Shown: piece after piece, positions 43,413 to 53,926 of the stretch
How positions within the stretch are numbered: the first letter of the stretch is position 1
Layout of the letters: every line of letters starts with the position of its first letter
NCBI GenBank assembly: GCA_963740085.1
Contig: CAVUCU010000004.1
Span: forward strand, 352,001-416,000
Reading direction: 5' to 3'
DNA: 64,000 bases
Source: Nitrospirota bacterium
GTDB taxonomy: Bacteria; Nitrospirota; UBA9217
Made by a program: the position numbers and the translations under genes
The notes under the pieces: model-generated
What the model saw: the letters and a program-made list of their open reading frames with translations, nothing else
The model's database searches: none
What the model was told of the DNA's origin: nothing

Positions 43413-44978
43413 ATGGCAACACCAGCCCTCATAAAACTGCTCGAAAGCCTCCACCCGCTTGAAAACAAGGTGCTCCTCTCGTTTCAGCAGGGAGAGGCCC
43501 TGTCCGCATTTGAACTCCTGAAAGCATCGGGTCTCGATGAGTCCCGCCTTGACATGGCATCAGGCTGGCTCCAGTCCAAGGGGTTGCTCGATGTGAAGGA
43601 CGAGTCCGTCACCTCGCTTGTTTCTCTTACCGAAACAGGAAGGGAGTATCTGGAAAAAGGCACTCCCGAAATGAGGATCATCAATGCCCTCCGTGACGGA
43701 AAACAGTTTACGGTCAAAGACATCATCCAGACCTGGGGCATGGAGCCTTCCGAGGTCAGCTCTGCTGTGGGAGCGCTGAAAGAGGCAAACGTGGCGCAGA
43801 TCGCGCAAGGCGGCATTCTGGCGCTGGCGCCGGGCGCCGACATTTCCGTCTATGAGTTCCTGTCGACCCTGATCAAGATGGCGGCTGATAAAGACCAGGC
43901 CGATCTCTCTTCTTATTCAGAAGCACAGCAGTCTGCGATCAACGCAAACTTCCACAAACGCGGGAAAGGCAAAGGTCTCTTCCGCATCAGTGACAAGAAA
44001 AACCGCGTTTACACGCTTACGAATGACGGACTGGAAATGCTCGGCCTCATCAAGGAACGCGGCGTTGTTGCCGAAGAGGCTTCAATGCTCACTCCCGAGA
44101 TGCTGAAGCAGGGCACCTGGAAGAACAAAAAGTTTCGCGCCTACAACATCGCCCTCAATCCCCCGCGCCAGAGCATCGGCAGGAAGCACCCCTACAAAGA
44201 ATTCCTCGACTTCGTGAAATATAAATTCGTCGGCATGGGGTTCGAGGAGATGCGCGGACCGCTCGTGGAGAACGAGTTCTGGGACATGGATGCACTGTAC
44301 ATGCCCCAGTTCCATCCCGCCCGGAACATTCATGATGTGTATTTCGTAAAAGAGCCCGCGGCGTGCAGGGAGATCGAGTCACCATTCGGCAAGAACGTGG
44401 CGGCAGCGCACAAGGACGGCGGCAAGACCGGGTCCACCGGCTGGCGCTATCCTTTTGACATCGAGCGCGCAAAGCGACTGATCCTCAGGAGCCAGGGCAC
44501 TGCGGTATCGGCGCGCACACTGGCATCGGGACCGAAGGTCCCGGGCAAATATTTTTCCATCGCGCGCTGCTTCCGTTATGACGCGGTCGACGCAACCCAT
44601 GCGCCCGACTTCTATCAGGTCGAGGGTATTGTGCTCGGCGAGGACATCAATTTCAAGGCGCTGCTCGGGCTCTTGAAGCTCTTTGGGCAGGAGATCGCCA
44701 GGGCAGGGGAGTTTCAGTTCAGGCCGGCCTATTTTCCGTTCACAGAACCGTCGGTCGAACTGCACGTGAAGCACCCCGAACTCGGCTGGATGGAACTCGG
44801 CGGGGCCGGCATCTTCCGTCCCGAGGTCACCAGGCCGCTCGGTGTGGATGTGCCGGTGATCGCCTGGGGCCTCGGACTCGACCGCATGGCCATGGTGGCG
44901 CTCGGGATCAAGGATATCCGGGACCTGTTCTCCAAGGACCTGGATTTCATACGAACAAAAAAAATACAATTGGGATAA
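43413..44978 (+). CDS. pheS: Phenylalanine-tRNA ligase alpha subunit, archaeal/eukaryotic type
   Basis: GRKHPY, FWDMDALYMPQFHPAR, FRYDAVDATH, YFPFTEPS and AWGLGLDR motifs; 521 aa with long N-terminal extension. Confidence 0.95.
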   Translation: MATPALIKLLESLHPLENKVLLSFQQGEALSAFELLKASGLDESRLDMASGWLQSKGLLDVKDESVTSLVSLTETGREYLEKGTPEMRIINALRDGKQFTVKDIIQTWGMEPSEVSSAVGALKEANVAQIAQGGILALAPGADISVYEFLSTLIKMAADKDQADLSSYSEAQQSAINANFHKRGKGKGLFRISDKKNRVYTLTNDGLEMLGLIKERGVVAEEASMLTPEMLKQGTWKNKKFRAYNIALNPPRQSIGRKHPYKEFLDFVKYKFVGMGFEEMRGPLVENEFWDMDALYMPQFHPARNIHDVYFVKEPAACREIESPFGKNVAAAHKDGGKTGSTGWRYPFDIERAKRLILRSQGTAVSARTLASGPKVPGKYFSIARCFRYDAVDATHAPDFYQVEGIVLGEDINFKALLGLLKLFGQEIARAGEFQFRPAYFPFTEPSVELHVKHPELGWMELGGAGIFRPEVTRPLGVDVPVIAWGLGLDRMAMVALGIKDIRDLFSKDLDFIRTKKIQLG

Positions 44979-44995
44979 TAAAAACAAATAGTAAA

Positions 44996-45140
44996 AACTC
45001 AGATTGGCCGCAAAAGATCGCAAAGAACTCAAAGAAAAAACCGGAAACCATATATCATTTTAATTTTCTCTGTGGTCTTTGCGTTCTTTCGCGTCGCGGC
45101 TAACAGATTTTGACCTGATTTGACCTGAGTGGATACTTGG
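44996..45140 (+). repeat. Dispersed ~150-bp repeat, copy B (lacks an internal segment)
   Basis: Matches copies A and C at both ends. Confidence 0.8.
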
Positions 45141-45153
45141 AATTTAAAGTGCT

Positions 45154-46851
45154 ATGCCTACTATCGACATAAAAAAACACGACCTCGACACCCTCATCGG
45201 CAAGAAGCTCTCCGTTGCGGTTCTCGAAAAGAAGCTTATGCTCGCCAAGGCCGAGCTGAAGGAGTACAACGCAGAGACCGATGAGCTCAAGGTCGAGTTG
45301 TCCGACAGCAACAGGCCGGACCTCTGGTCGTCTGAAGGCATTGCTCGCCAGGTTCGCATCGCGTTATCCGGAAAGCCCGAGACCTATCCCTTCTACAAAC
45401 ATGGCGGGAAAGCTACGCGGGAGATCAGGGTCTCAAAGGGAATGAAATCCGTGAGGCCGTACATCGCGGCCTGCACCGCGATCGGCATTCATATGAACGA
45501 CGACGTGCTGGCGCAGATGATCCAGAGCCAGGACAAGCTCTCGGAGATCTTCGGCCGGAAGCGGTCAACGGTGTCGATCGGCATCTACGAGCTCGACCGC
45601 ATCATGTTCCCGGTGGACTACCGGCTTGCCGAGCCGTCCTCCGTGTCATTCATTCCGCTCGGCATGGAAGAGAAACTTACGCTTACCGAGATCCTCGAAC
45701 GACATCCCAAGGGTATCGCCTACGGCACTATCGTGAAACCCTTCCCTCAGTACCCGGTGCTGACAGACAGCCTGGGCCGCGCCCTGTCCTTCCCTCCGGT
45801 CATCAACAGCAGGGAGATCGGTGAGGTGAAGCCGAATACCAAAAATGTGCTGATCGAGGTGACCGGCACGGACCTGCGCATGACGGTGCTCACGCTGAAT
45901 ATCCTTGCGACGAACTTTTATGACCGGGGCGCGGACATCGAACCGGTGCAGGTGACCTATCCGTATGAAACCGGACTCGGGAAGCGCGTGACATTCCCCG
46001 CTGATACATCGGGAACGTTCACGGTGCCCCTTGCAAGATTCTCTACCGGGCTCGGAGAGGATGTTTCATCCGCTGAGGTGAAGAAACGGCTCAGTTCCTA
46101 CGGACACATCATAAGCTCCGCGCGCGGAACAGTTTCCGTGACCGTGCCTCCGTATCGCGACGATATCATGCACCCCATGGACCTGGTGGAAGACTATGCC
46201 ATCAGCAGGGGATACGAATCCTTCGAACCGATCATGCCGCGACAATCGACGGTCGGGGCCATATCCCGGATCGAATTATTGTCCGATATTGTGCGCGGCC
46301 ATATGGTCGGGTCCGGTTTTCAGGAGATCATGTCGAATATTCTCTGCTCGCGGGAAGAGCTTGATTATGCCATGACCGCGGGGGAGAAGCTCGTCGAGGT
46401 GGACAACGTGATGTCGCTTGCCTACTCGGTGCTCAGGAACCGGGTCATTCCGTCACTGTTGAACGTGGAAGCGGCAAGTTCAAAGGCCTTCTATCCGCAT
46501 CGGACGTTCGAGGTAGGCGAGGTCGCCGTGCGCGACGCGAGCGAGAACATGGGCTCACGCACTGACCTGAATCTCGGCGCGATCATTTCCCACCCGGGCG
46601 CCAATTTCTCGGAGATGCATTCAACGCTCGATATCCTCCTTTACTACCTCGGTCAGGATTATAAACTGGATCCGGCGGAACATGCTCTCTTCATCCAGGG
46701 CCGCTGCGGCCGGGTGGTCGCGGGCGGCATTGAACTGGGTTTCGTCGGCGAGGTACGGCCCGAGGTACTTGAACGCACGCAGATCACCATGCCCTGCGCC
46801 GCCTTCGAGATCAATCTGGACCGGATGCTTCGTCCGTCACTCATCGAGTAA
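45154..46851 (+). CDS. pheT: Phenylalanine-tRNA ligase beta subunit, archaeal/eukaryotic type
   Basis: MPTI start; NRPDLWSSEGIAR, LSFPPVINS and VPPYRDDIMHPMDLVED motifs; 565 aa, apparently without B2 and B8 domains. Confidence 0.95.
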   Translation: MPTIDIKKHDLDTLIGKKLSVAVLEKKLMLAKAELKEYNAETDELKVELSDSNRPDLWSSEGIARQVRIALSGKPETYPFYKHGGKATREIRVSKGMKSVRPYIAACTAIGIHMNDDVLAQMIQSQDKLSEIFGRKRSTVSIGIYELDRIMFPVDYRLAEPSSVSFIPLGMEEKLTLTEILERHPKGIAYGTIVKPFPQYPVLTDSLGRALSFPPVINSREIGEVKPNTKNVLIEVTGTDLRMTVLTLNILATNFYDRGADIEPVQVTYPYETGLGKRVTFPADTSGTFTVPLARFSTGLGEDVSSAEVKKRLSSYGHIISSARGTVSVTVPPYRDDIMHPMDLVEDYAISRGYESFEPIMPRQSTVGAISRIELLSDIVRGHMVGSGFQEIMSNILCSREELDYAMTAGEKLVEVDNVMSLAYSVLRNRVIPSLLNVEAASSKAFYPHRTFEVGEVAVRDASENMGSRTDLNLGAIISHPGANFSEMHSTLDILLYYLGQDYKLDPAEHALFIQGRCGRVVAGGIELGFVGEVRPEVLERTQITMPCAAFEINLDRMLRPSLIE

Positions 46852-46916
46852 AACACCTCATCAATGCTGCATGAGGAGCTCTTTAAACACGGATGCATAA
46901 AAAAGGAGGATTCGTC

Positions 46917-47354
46917 ATGATCAATAAAACGGTCATTGGTTTGCTCGCGCTCGTTCTTGTATCGCTTTTTCGGCTGCCGTCTGTTTTTGCCGAACCGAAC
47001 ATGAAGGAGGGGATGTGGGAGATCAAAGGAGAAATGAAGATCGAAGGCATGCCATTCCCAATGCCGCCCGTTCCGATGAATTATACGCAATGTCTTACGA
47101 AAAAGGACATGATCCCGCAGAAGAAGGAAAAGAACCAGGATTGCAAAATGATCAGCAATAAGATGGCCGGAGATACGGTTTCCTGGGTAATGCAGTGCAC
47201 GGATAAGAATGGAGTCATGGAGAGTACGGGAAAGTTGACGTATAAAGGCAATAGCTTTACCGGCACCGTACACATCGTAACAACGGAAACAAATGGGGAA
47301 AAATCGGAATCTACCCTGCAGATGTCCGGAAAACGCACCGGCGACTGCAAATAG
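46917..47354 (+). CDS. DUF3617-like secreted protein
   Basis: Signal peptide; MKEGMWEI, TQCLT and GKRTGDC motifs. Confidence 0.8.
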   Translation: MINKTVIGLLALVLVSLFRLPSVFAEPNMKEGMWEIKGEMKIEGMPFPMPPVPMNYTQCLTKKDMIPQKKEKNQDCKMISNKMAGDTVSWVMQCTDKNGVMESTGKLTYKGNSFTGTVHIVTTETNGEKSESTLQMSGKRTGDCK

Positions 47355-47393
47355 AATATCTTCTGCTGATCACCCTCACCGGAAATGAGCCCG

Positions 47394-47423
47394 CTGCCCC
47401 CTGAATAAGGGGGCAGTTTTTTT
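47394..47423 (+). terminator. Intrinsic terminator
   Basis: CTGCCCCCT-GAATA-AGGGGGCAG followed by T7. Confidence 0.85.
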
Positions 47424-47468
47424 GCGGTGAAGACGGTCTATCGATAGCTGAGGTAACCAGGAAAAGTC

Positions 47469-47497
47469 TTGACAGTGCAGGAATGTTAGTGTAATAT
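47469..47497 (+). promoter_or_regulatory. Sigma70 promoter of the lipid cluster
   Basis: TTGACA-17 nt-TAATAT. Confidence 0.6.
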
Positions 47498-47650
47498 TCA
47501 GAACTTTGCAAGTTTAACTGAAAACGCCTGAAATATTCCATGGTTAGAGGGATTATTTTCAGCGGGAAAGTGATGCTTTAGACGGCTTTTTTCATGGCGT
47601 TTGATGATCAATCGTCAAGGACCATGAGGCCCGGGACCCCATTCATTTTC

Positions 47651-48385
47651 ATGCAAAATAAAACGCAAAAAATAGCGCTGGTCATCGGCGGAAGCCGGGG
47701 GATAGGGCGTGCCATAGCGATCAAACTGGCAAAGTCCGGGTTCACCCTCTGGTTGACATATAAAGGTAATCATGAGGCAGCGAAAAAAACGAAGGCAGAG
47801 ATAGAATCAGCGGGAAGCGTCTGCGAACTTATCCCGTTCGATGTCTCGAGTTTTGAAGAGACCGAATCAGCCCTAGGTGAGCGCCTCGAAAACCGGTCGC
47901 CTGATGTTCTCGTGTTCAACTCGGGGATCTCCCGGGACAATCTCCTGATGTGGATGACCAAGGACGAGTGGGGCTCGGTCCTCGCCACAAATCTGAACGG
48001 GTTCTTCAATGTGACCCGTGCGGTGGTCTTCGCGATGCTGAAGGCGAAACGCGGCCGTATCGTCGTTGTTTCGTCCGTATCGGGCCAGATCGGCCAGGCA
48101 GGACAGGTAAACTATTCAGCGTCAAAGGCCGGCTTGATCGGTGCGGCAAAGGCGCTCGCGCGCGAGGTCGGGAGAAAGAACATAGTGGTGAATGTAGTGG
48201 CGCCCGGATTCATTGAAACGGAAATGACCGAAAAGATCCCGAAGGAACAGATCCTGCCTTTGATCCCGTTGAATCGCCTGGGCAGCATCGACGATGTGGC
48301 TTCGGTCGTAAATTTTCTCTGCACGGAAGAGCATATGTATATTCACGGCCAGGTGATCGGCATCAACGGCGGACTCGCGATGTAG
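47651..48385 (+). CDS. fabG: 3-oxoacyl-ACP reductase (cluster-associated FabG)
   Basis: GGSRGIG, NYSASKAG and VAPGFIETEM motifs. Confidence 0.9.
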   Translation: MQNKTQKIALVIGGSRGIGRAIAIKLAKSGFTLWLTYKGNHEAAKKTKAEIESAGSVCELIPFDVSSFEETESALGERLENRSPDVLVFNSGISRDNLLMWMTKDEWGSVLATNLNGFFNVTRAVVFAMLKAKRGRIVVVSSVSGQIGQAGQVNYSASKAGLIGAAKALAREVGRKNIVVNVVAPGFIETEMTEKIPKEQILPLIPLNRLGSIDDVASVVNFLCTEEHMYIHGQVIGINGGLAM

Positions 48386-48640
48386 GGTTCCATCTTGATC
48401 TTTGATGGACTCGTACTAAGTCAAGATTTGCCACAAAATGCGCAGAAAACACAAAGGTAAGACCGTAAGACCCAAAGCATGTCTCTGAGCATTTGTGACT
48501 TCTGTGGTTAAGAGATACTCTTTTACGAATTTGTTATTTTTTATTGATGTGAACCTCAGGTCAGTCACTCGCTTCGCCCGTAACGGACCCGAGCAGCTGC
48601 GCAGTAATAACGTATTTATTTCTCGAAGTGATTGACGATA

Positions 48641-50137
48641 ATGAAAAAATATGACGATATTGTGGTCGGAAGCGGTATCAGCGGGTTGACCATGACCCTT
48701 CTGCTCGCGATGAGCGGCCATCGCGTGTTATTGCTCGAAAAGAGCCCGCATATCGGCGGCTCACTTGCGCGATTTTCCAAGAGAGGGATCCCGTTCGACA
48801 CAGGGTTCCATTTCACGGGCGGGCTTCACGAGGGCGGCATACTCTCGGATATCCTGCGGTTCCTCGGGATCCGCGATTCCATCGAGCCGATCTATTACAA
48901 CGATACCTTCAAAAACCAGTTCGTTTTCGAAGCAGCCGGCCGGACGTTCGAACACCCCAGCGGGATCGAGAACATCAAGAGGCAATTCAAAGGCTACTTT
49001 CCGGGCGAGGCGAACGCCATAGACCGGTATTTTGAAAAGATACTCTCTGTCTGTCAACGAAGCCCGTCTCTCAACATCCATGAAAACAATATCACGTTCC
49101 CCAACCTGGACGAGGATTATATCTCGCTTGACGCGGTCCTGAAGGACCTGACCCCGAATGGGCTTCTGCGCGGACTGCTGTCCGCGTTCGCCATGTGCTA
49201 CGGTGTGCGGCCGGATGAGATGTCCTTTGCCAATCACAGCAGGATGATGCTCAGCTTTTATGAATCCTTTGCCTGTGTAAAGGACGGCGGAGATGCATTT
49301 GTCAATGCCTTTCAGAAAAGGTTCAAGGATTTTGACGTGGAGGTCCGCTGCGGGACGTACATCGCGGAACTTGCAGACCTCTCCGACAGCAAGGTGGGAC
49401 GATTTATCCTGAACACCGGAGAGGAGATTACTTCGGATACGTGCGTATTCACGATCCACCCGAAAGAGATATTGAATATCCTGCCCGCAAAGCACTTCAG
49501 CAGGGCCTTTGCGGATCGCATCGGGAGATTCGAATCGTCGGTGGGTTTCTTTTCTGTTTTCGCAACGATCAAGCCGGGGACCCGTGACCCGTATCCGGAC
49601 GCCGCAGTAACATCGCTCTTTCCGATCGAGGATGTGAACCGGCTGCTTGATCCTGCTTACCAAGGTGGTCCCGCCGTGGTCGTCATCAAGTCCACGGGAC
49701 TTGACGGCGCGGGGAAATCGGTTTGCATCCTTGAACCCTCACACTCGGAACAGGTAATGGCCTGGAGCGAGTCCCGAAGGGGGAAAAGGCCCGGGGAATA
49801 TCTTGATTATAAAAAGCATCGCATTGAAGCGATCATGGACCATGTATGCGCCGTCTATCCCGCATACCGGGAGAGTCTTGATATCGTCGATGCGGCATCC
49901 ATGTTGACATTCAAAGAATACCTGAACAGTCCTGACGGCAGTGCCTACGGCATCAAGCAGAAGATGGGACAGTTCAATCTTATCGGGAAACTCCCGCTGC
50001 ACAACCTGTATGCGGCGGGACAAAGCGCTCTCCTGCCGGGGATCACCGGCGCCATGATGTCATCGCTCATCGTGGGCCGCGCGGTGGTGGGCAAAGAGCA
50101 GTACGGCAGGCTGCTGAACCGGGCATTATGTCATTAA
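48641..50137 (+). CDS. Phytoene desaturase/retinol saturase-like FAD oxidoreductase
   Basis: VVGSGISG, FDTGFHFTG, GSAYG and NLYAAGQS..PGITGA motifs. Confidence 0.85.
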   Translation: MKKYDDIVVGSGISGLTMTLLLAMSGHRVLLLEKSPHIGGSLARFSKRGIPFDTGFHFTGGLHEGGILSDILRFLGIRDSIEPIYYNDTFKNQFVFEAAGRTFEHPSGIENIKRQFKGYFPGEANAIDRYFEKILSVCQRSPSLNIHENNITFPNLDEDYISLDAVLKDLTPNGLLRGLLSAFAMCYGVRPDEMSFANHSRMMLSFYESFACVKDGGDAFVNAFQKRFKDFDVEVRCGTYIAELADLSDSKVGRFILNTGEEITSDTCVFTIHPKEILNILPAKHFSRAFADRIGRFESSVGFFSVFATIKPGTRDPYPDAAVTSLFPIEDVNRLLDPAYQGGPAVVVIKSTGLDGAGKSVCILEPSHSEQVMAWSESRRGKRPGEYLDYKKHRIEAIMDHVCAVYPAYRESLDIVDAASMLTFKEYLNSPDGSAYGIKQKMGQFNLIGKLPLHNLYAAGQSALLPGITGAMMSSLIVGRAVVGKEQYGRLLNRALCH

Positions 50138-51354
50138 AGCGTGTCGTGATAACAGGGATCGGCGTGGTTTCGCCTTTCGGCAACGGCCTGCCCGCCCTGA
50201 TGAAGGGTATCGAGGAAGGTCGGAGCGCCGTGCGGCGCATGGAGGGATGGGACCAGTACATCGGCCTGCATAGTCTCGTCGGGGCAACGGTAGATATCCA
50301 GGACGAAAAACGAATTCCGAGACAGAAGCGGCGTTCCATGGGACGCATGAGCATCTTCGCGGCACAGGCAGCTGATGAGGCCATCGCTGATGCCGGTATC
50401 TCCCTCGCCGGAGAAGACCTGTGGCGGATCGGCTGCGTCATCGGTTCGACCATGGGGAGCGCCAAAAGCATCAACGATGCCTTTGAGACCATGCTGCCCA
50501 ACAAGGACCTGAGCCGGCTGAACTCGACCATGTTCTTTCAGTGCATGTCGCATACGGCAGCGGTGAACGTCGCCCAGTACCTGGGACTGAACGGCACGAT
50601 CATGGCGCCGGCCGCTGCATGCGCGTCGGCACTTCATGCCATCGGCACGGGTTACGATCTGATCAGGCTCGGGAGGCAGGACGTCCTGCTCTGCGGCGGG
50701 GCCGAGGAACTCCACCCGACGGTAACCGGGTCTTTCGACATTCTTTTCGCGACATCGACGAAGTACAACGAGACACCGCAGAAAACGCCGCGGCCGTTTG
50801 ACAGGGACCGGGACGGTCTGGTCTGCGGGGAGGGGAGCGGCCTCGTGGTCATCGAGGACTACGAGCGGGCGATCAAGAGGAACGCAAAGATCTACGCCGA
50901 GATCACGGGTTACAGCACGACGGCGAACGGTCTTCACGTAAGCCAGTCGAACAGGGAATCCATGATCGTCTGCATGCAGCAGGCGCTCCGTGATGCCCGT
51001 GTTCAGTCGGAGGAGATCGATTATGTCAACGCCCATGCCACGGCCACTCTTCAGGGGGACCAGGAGGAAGCAGAGGCCATCGCGAAAGTCTTCGGGTCGG
51101 TGGTTCCTGTAAGCAGCCTGAAGGGATATATCGGTCATACACTCGGCGCTTCAGGCGCCATCGAGCTGGCCGCATCGCTCTCGATGATGGAGCGGGGTGT
51201 GGTCTACCCCACGCTGAACCTGGACACCGTCAGTTCGGACTGCGAAGGGATCCATCACGTGACGAAGCCGCTCAAGAAGCAGCTCAAGACCATCCTGAAG
51301 AACGGGTTCGCCTTCGGCGGCATCAATGCGGCGCTGGTGTGCAGGAAAATATAA
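50128..51354 (+). CDS. Beta-ketoacyl-ACP synthase
   Basis: AACAS, NAHATAT, KGYIGHTLGA and FAFGG motifs. Confidence 0.93.
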   Translation: MSLKRVVITGIGVVSPFGNGLPALMKGIEEGRSAVRRMEGWDQYIGLHSLVGATVDIQDEKRIPRQKRRSMGRMSIFAAQAADEAIADAGISLAGEDLWRIGCVIGSTMGSAKSINDAFETMLPNKDLSRLNSTMFFQCMSHTAAVNVAQYLGLNGTIMAPAAACASALHAIGTGYDLIRLGRQDVLLCGGAEELHPTVTGSFDILFATSTKYNETPQKTPRPFDRDRDGLVCGEGSGLVVIEDYERAIKRNAKIYAEITGYSTTANGLHVSQSNRESMIVCMQQALRDARVQSEEIDYVNAHATATLQGDQEEAEAIAKVFGSVVPVSSLKGYIGHTLGASGAIELAASLSMMERGVVYPTLNLDTVSSDCEGIHHVTKPLKKQLKTILKNGFAFGGINAALVCRKI

Positions 51355-51403
51355 AGTTATCATAGGACCGATACGACCTATCAGACAGATACCGGAGGCG
51401 TGC

Positions 51404-51670
51404 ATGATCGAGCAGGAAATCATCAACAAGATCAACAAGGTGTTCGAGGAATCCTTTGAGATCGAGAAGGAGCGTCTTGTCCCGCAGGCGCATATCTTCA
51501 CGGACCTGGGACTCGACAGCCTTGATATCGTCGACCTGGTGGTCGCGCTCCAGAACACCTTTGGCGTCAAGATCAGGAACGAGGAAAAGGTCAGGGACAT
51601 CCGGACGCTTCAGGATATCTACCAGTTCATTTCCTCGCTGAAGAACGAGGAACACAAGAAGAGCGCCTAG
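51404..51670 (+). CDS. Acyl carrier protein
   Basis: DLGLDSLDIVDL motif; GGAGG RBS. Confidence 0.93.
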   Translation: MIEQEIINKINKVFEESFEIEKERLVPQAHIFTDLGLDSLDIVDLVVALQNTFGVKIRNEEKVRDIRTLQDIYQFISSLKNEEHKKSA

Positions 51671-51672
51671 CG

Positions 51673-52425
51673 ATGCTGTCCCGGGTGAAACTGCTTCTTC
51701 TGAACCTGTATTTTTATACGTTCTTTTTCCTGTTTTCCGCGATCTCGATCCCGGTGCTGACGATCATTGTCGCGATTTCGAGGATATTCCTGTCTCACCG
51801 CCGGACCATGAAACGGTTTCGCCGCGCCATCAGCTGGTATGGGATAATCATCACGTCCATCCCGTATCCATTTATCAGGCTCCGTTACGAGGACCGGGGA
51901 AAGGACAGCGCGGAAGGGGCATACATCTTTGTTTGCAACCATCGTGCTGCATCAGACGCGTTCCTGATGTGCGTGCTTCCGCATGAGGTGGTCCAGATCG
52001 TGAACATCTGGCCCTTCAGGATACCCGTGCTCGGACTGTATGCCAGATATTCCGGCTACTTGAACATCAGGATGATGTCGCAGGAACAATTCCTGGAACA
52101 AGCGACAAAATTGCTTAACGATGGCGTCTCGATCATCTTCTTTCCCGAGGGCACGCGTTCGGCCAGCAGGACCATGGGGAGTTTTCACGGCGCTGCATTT
52201 CGTCTGGCGCTCGCTTCAAAGGCCGCCGTTGTCCCGCTTTGCATCACGGGGAACGAGAACATCCCGCCCAAAGGATCGCCGCTTCTTCGACCGGGTACGA
52301 TACGAGTGCGCAGATTGCCGGCAATCACCTGGGATGAGTACAAGGACCTGAATGCCTTCGCCTTCAAGAACAGGGTGTGGCATATTATCGATAAAGAGCT
52401 GTCCGTCATGGAGAAAGATTCATAA
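51673..52425 (+). CDS. Lysophospholipid acyltransferase (PlsC family)
   Basis: NHRAASD and FPEGTRS motifs. Confidence 0.9.
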   Translation: MLSRVKLLLLNLYFYTFFFLFSAISIPVLTIIVAISRIFLSHRRTMKRFRRAISWYGIIITSIPYPFIRLRYEDRGKDSAEGAYIFVCNHRAASDAFLMCVLPHEVVQIVNIWPFRIPVLGLYARYSGYLNIRMMSQEQFLEQATKLLNDGVSIIFFPEGTRSASRTMGSFHGAAFRLALASKAAVVPLCITGNENIPPKGSPLLRPGTIRVRRLPAITWDEYKDLNAFAFKNRVWHIIDKELSVMEKDS

Positions 52426-52575
52426 CTACTCAGATTGGCCGCAAAAGAACTCAAAGAACTCAAAGAAAAAACCTGAAACCATGTATGTCAGTTTTAAATC
52501 TCTCTGCGATCCTTGCGTGCTTTTCTCAGTGGCCGGTTCATTTTTCAGACCATTCGCGGCTAACAGATTTTGACC
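52424..52575 (+). repeat. Dispersed ~150-bp repeat, copy C
   Basis: High similarity to the reverse complement of copy A. Confidence 0.85.
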
Positions 52576-52621
52576 CGAGGCGTTAGGGAATGTATTTATA
52601 ATTTGGCGCTTAGCAAACAGT

Positions 52622-53926
52622 ATGATCGAATTCGACCGAAATAATAAACTGGAATTCTCCGATCCGGGGAAGATCAGGGAGGTACAGGAAGGGCTGCTGA
52701 AAAAGCATGTCCTTTATTGCGCAGACCATTCTCCCTATTACCGGGAGCTGTTCCGCCAGCAGGGTGTCGATGCACGAGCCATTACCCTCGACAGGCTGCG
52801 CGATCTTCCTCTTACGGACAAAACCGCGCTCAGCCTTGCAAATGACGATTTTCTTGCCGTTCCGCCGTCGCAGATAGTGGATATCGTGCTGTCCTCGGGG
52901 ACCACAGGCAAGCCGACGAAGATGATGTATACCGAAAACGATCTCAGGCGGCTTGCTTACAACGAAGAAATTTCCTTCAAAAGCTGCGGATTGACGCGGG
53001 ACGATATTGTGCTGCTGACCTGCACCATGGACCGCTGCTTCATCGCCGGCCTGGCTTACTTTTCGGGTGTCCGGAGCCTGGGCGCGGCGGCCATCAGGAA
53101 CGGCCTGAGCAGCTTTGACAGCCATCTCGAGATCATTCTGCGGTTGAAACCGACGGCCGTCGTGGGTGTGCCTACGTTCCTGCTCAAGCTCGGACAGTTC
53201 ATAAAATCGCAGGACATCGATCCGCGCGGGGTCGGCATCGGGAAACTGATCTGTATCGGCGAACCGATCAGGGACCGTTCTCTCGCATTCCTTCGGATCG
53301 GCGAAAGCCTGGAATCGGTCTGGGGAGCGAAGATCTATTCTACCTACGCCTCCTCGGAGACCATCACCTCGTTCTGCGAGTGCACTGCCCAGCAAGGCGG
53401 ACACCTGCATCCAGACCTGGCTGTGGCGGAGATCGTGAGCGACCAGGGCGAAGTGCTCCCTGCCGGCGAACCGGGCGAGGTGGTGATAACTCCCCTGGCG
53501 ATCGAAGGCATGCCCGTGCTCAGGTTTAGAACCGGTGATATCGGTTTTATCATTGATGAACCCTGCGCCTGCGGACGGCATTCGCATCGCCTGGGCCCCA
53601 TCCTCGGGAGAAAGAAGCAGATGATCAAGTTCCGCGGAACGACGCTGTATCCCAATTCTCTGTACACGGTCCTCGACTCGTTCCCCGGGATCAGCGAATA
53701 CTTCGTGACCGCAACGAGCGACTACGACCTTTCCGATGTGGTCAGGGTCACCATTGCCGTGAAAGATCCATCCTGCTCCGCCGACGTGATCATGGATAAG
53801 CTTCAGGCGCACCTGCGGGTGAGGCCTGAAGTGATCATCGCGAGCGAGGAGAGCGTGAAACGTCAGGTCTATGCCGGGAATTCCCGGAAGTTAATTCGTT
53901 TTGTGGATAAGAGAAAGAAAATATGA
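52622..53926 (+). CDS. Phenylacetate-CoA ligase-like adenylating enzyme
   Basis: SSGTTGKP, STYASSE, RFRTGD and GRKKQMIK motifs. Confidence 0.88.
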   Translation: MIEFDRNNKLEFSDPGKIREVQEGLLKKHVLYCADHSPYYRELFRQQGVDARAITLDRLRDLPLTDKTALSLANDDFLAVPPSQIVDIVLSSGTTGKPTKMMYTENDLRRLAYNEEISFKSCGLTRDDIVLLTCTMDRCFIAGLAYFSGVRSLGAAAIRNGLSSFDSHLEIILRLKPTAVVGVPTFLLKLGQFIKSQDIDPRGVGIGKLICIGEPIRDRSLAFLRIGESLESVWGAKIYSTYASSETITSFCECTAQQGGHLHPDLAVAEIVSDQGEVLPAGEPGEVVITPLAIEGMPVLRFRTGDIGFIIDEPCACGRHSHRLGPILGRKKQMIKFRGTTLYPNSLYTVLDSFPGISEYFVTATSDYDLSDVVRVTIAVKDPSCSADVIMDKLQAHLRVRPEVIIASEESVKRQVYAGNSRKLIRFVDKRKKI

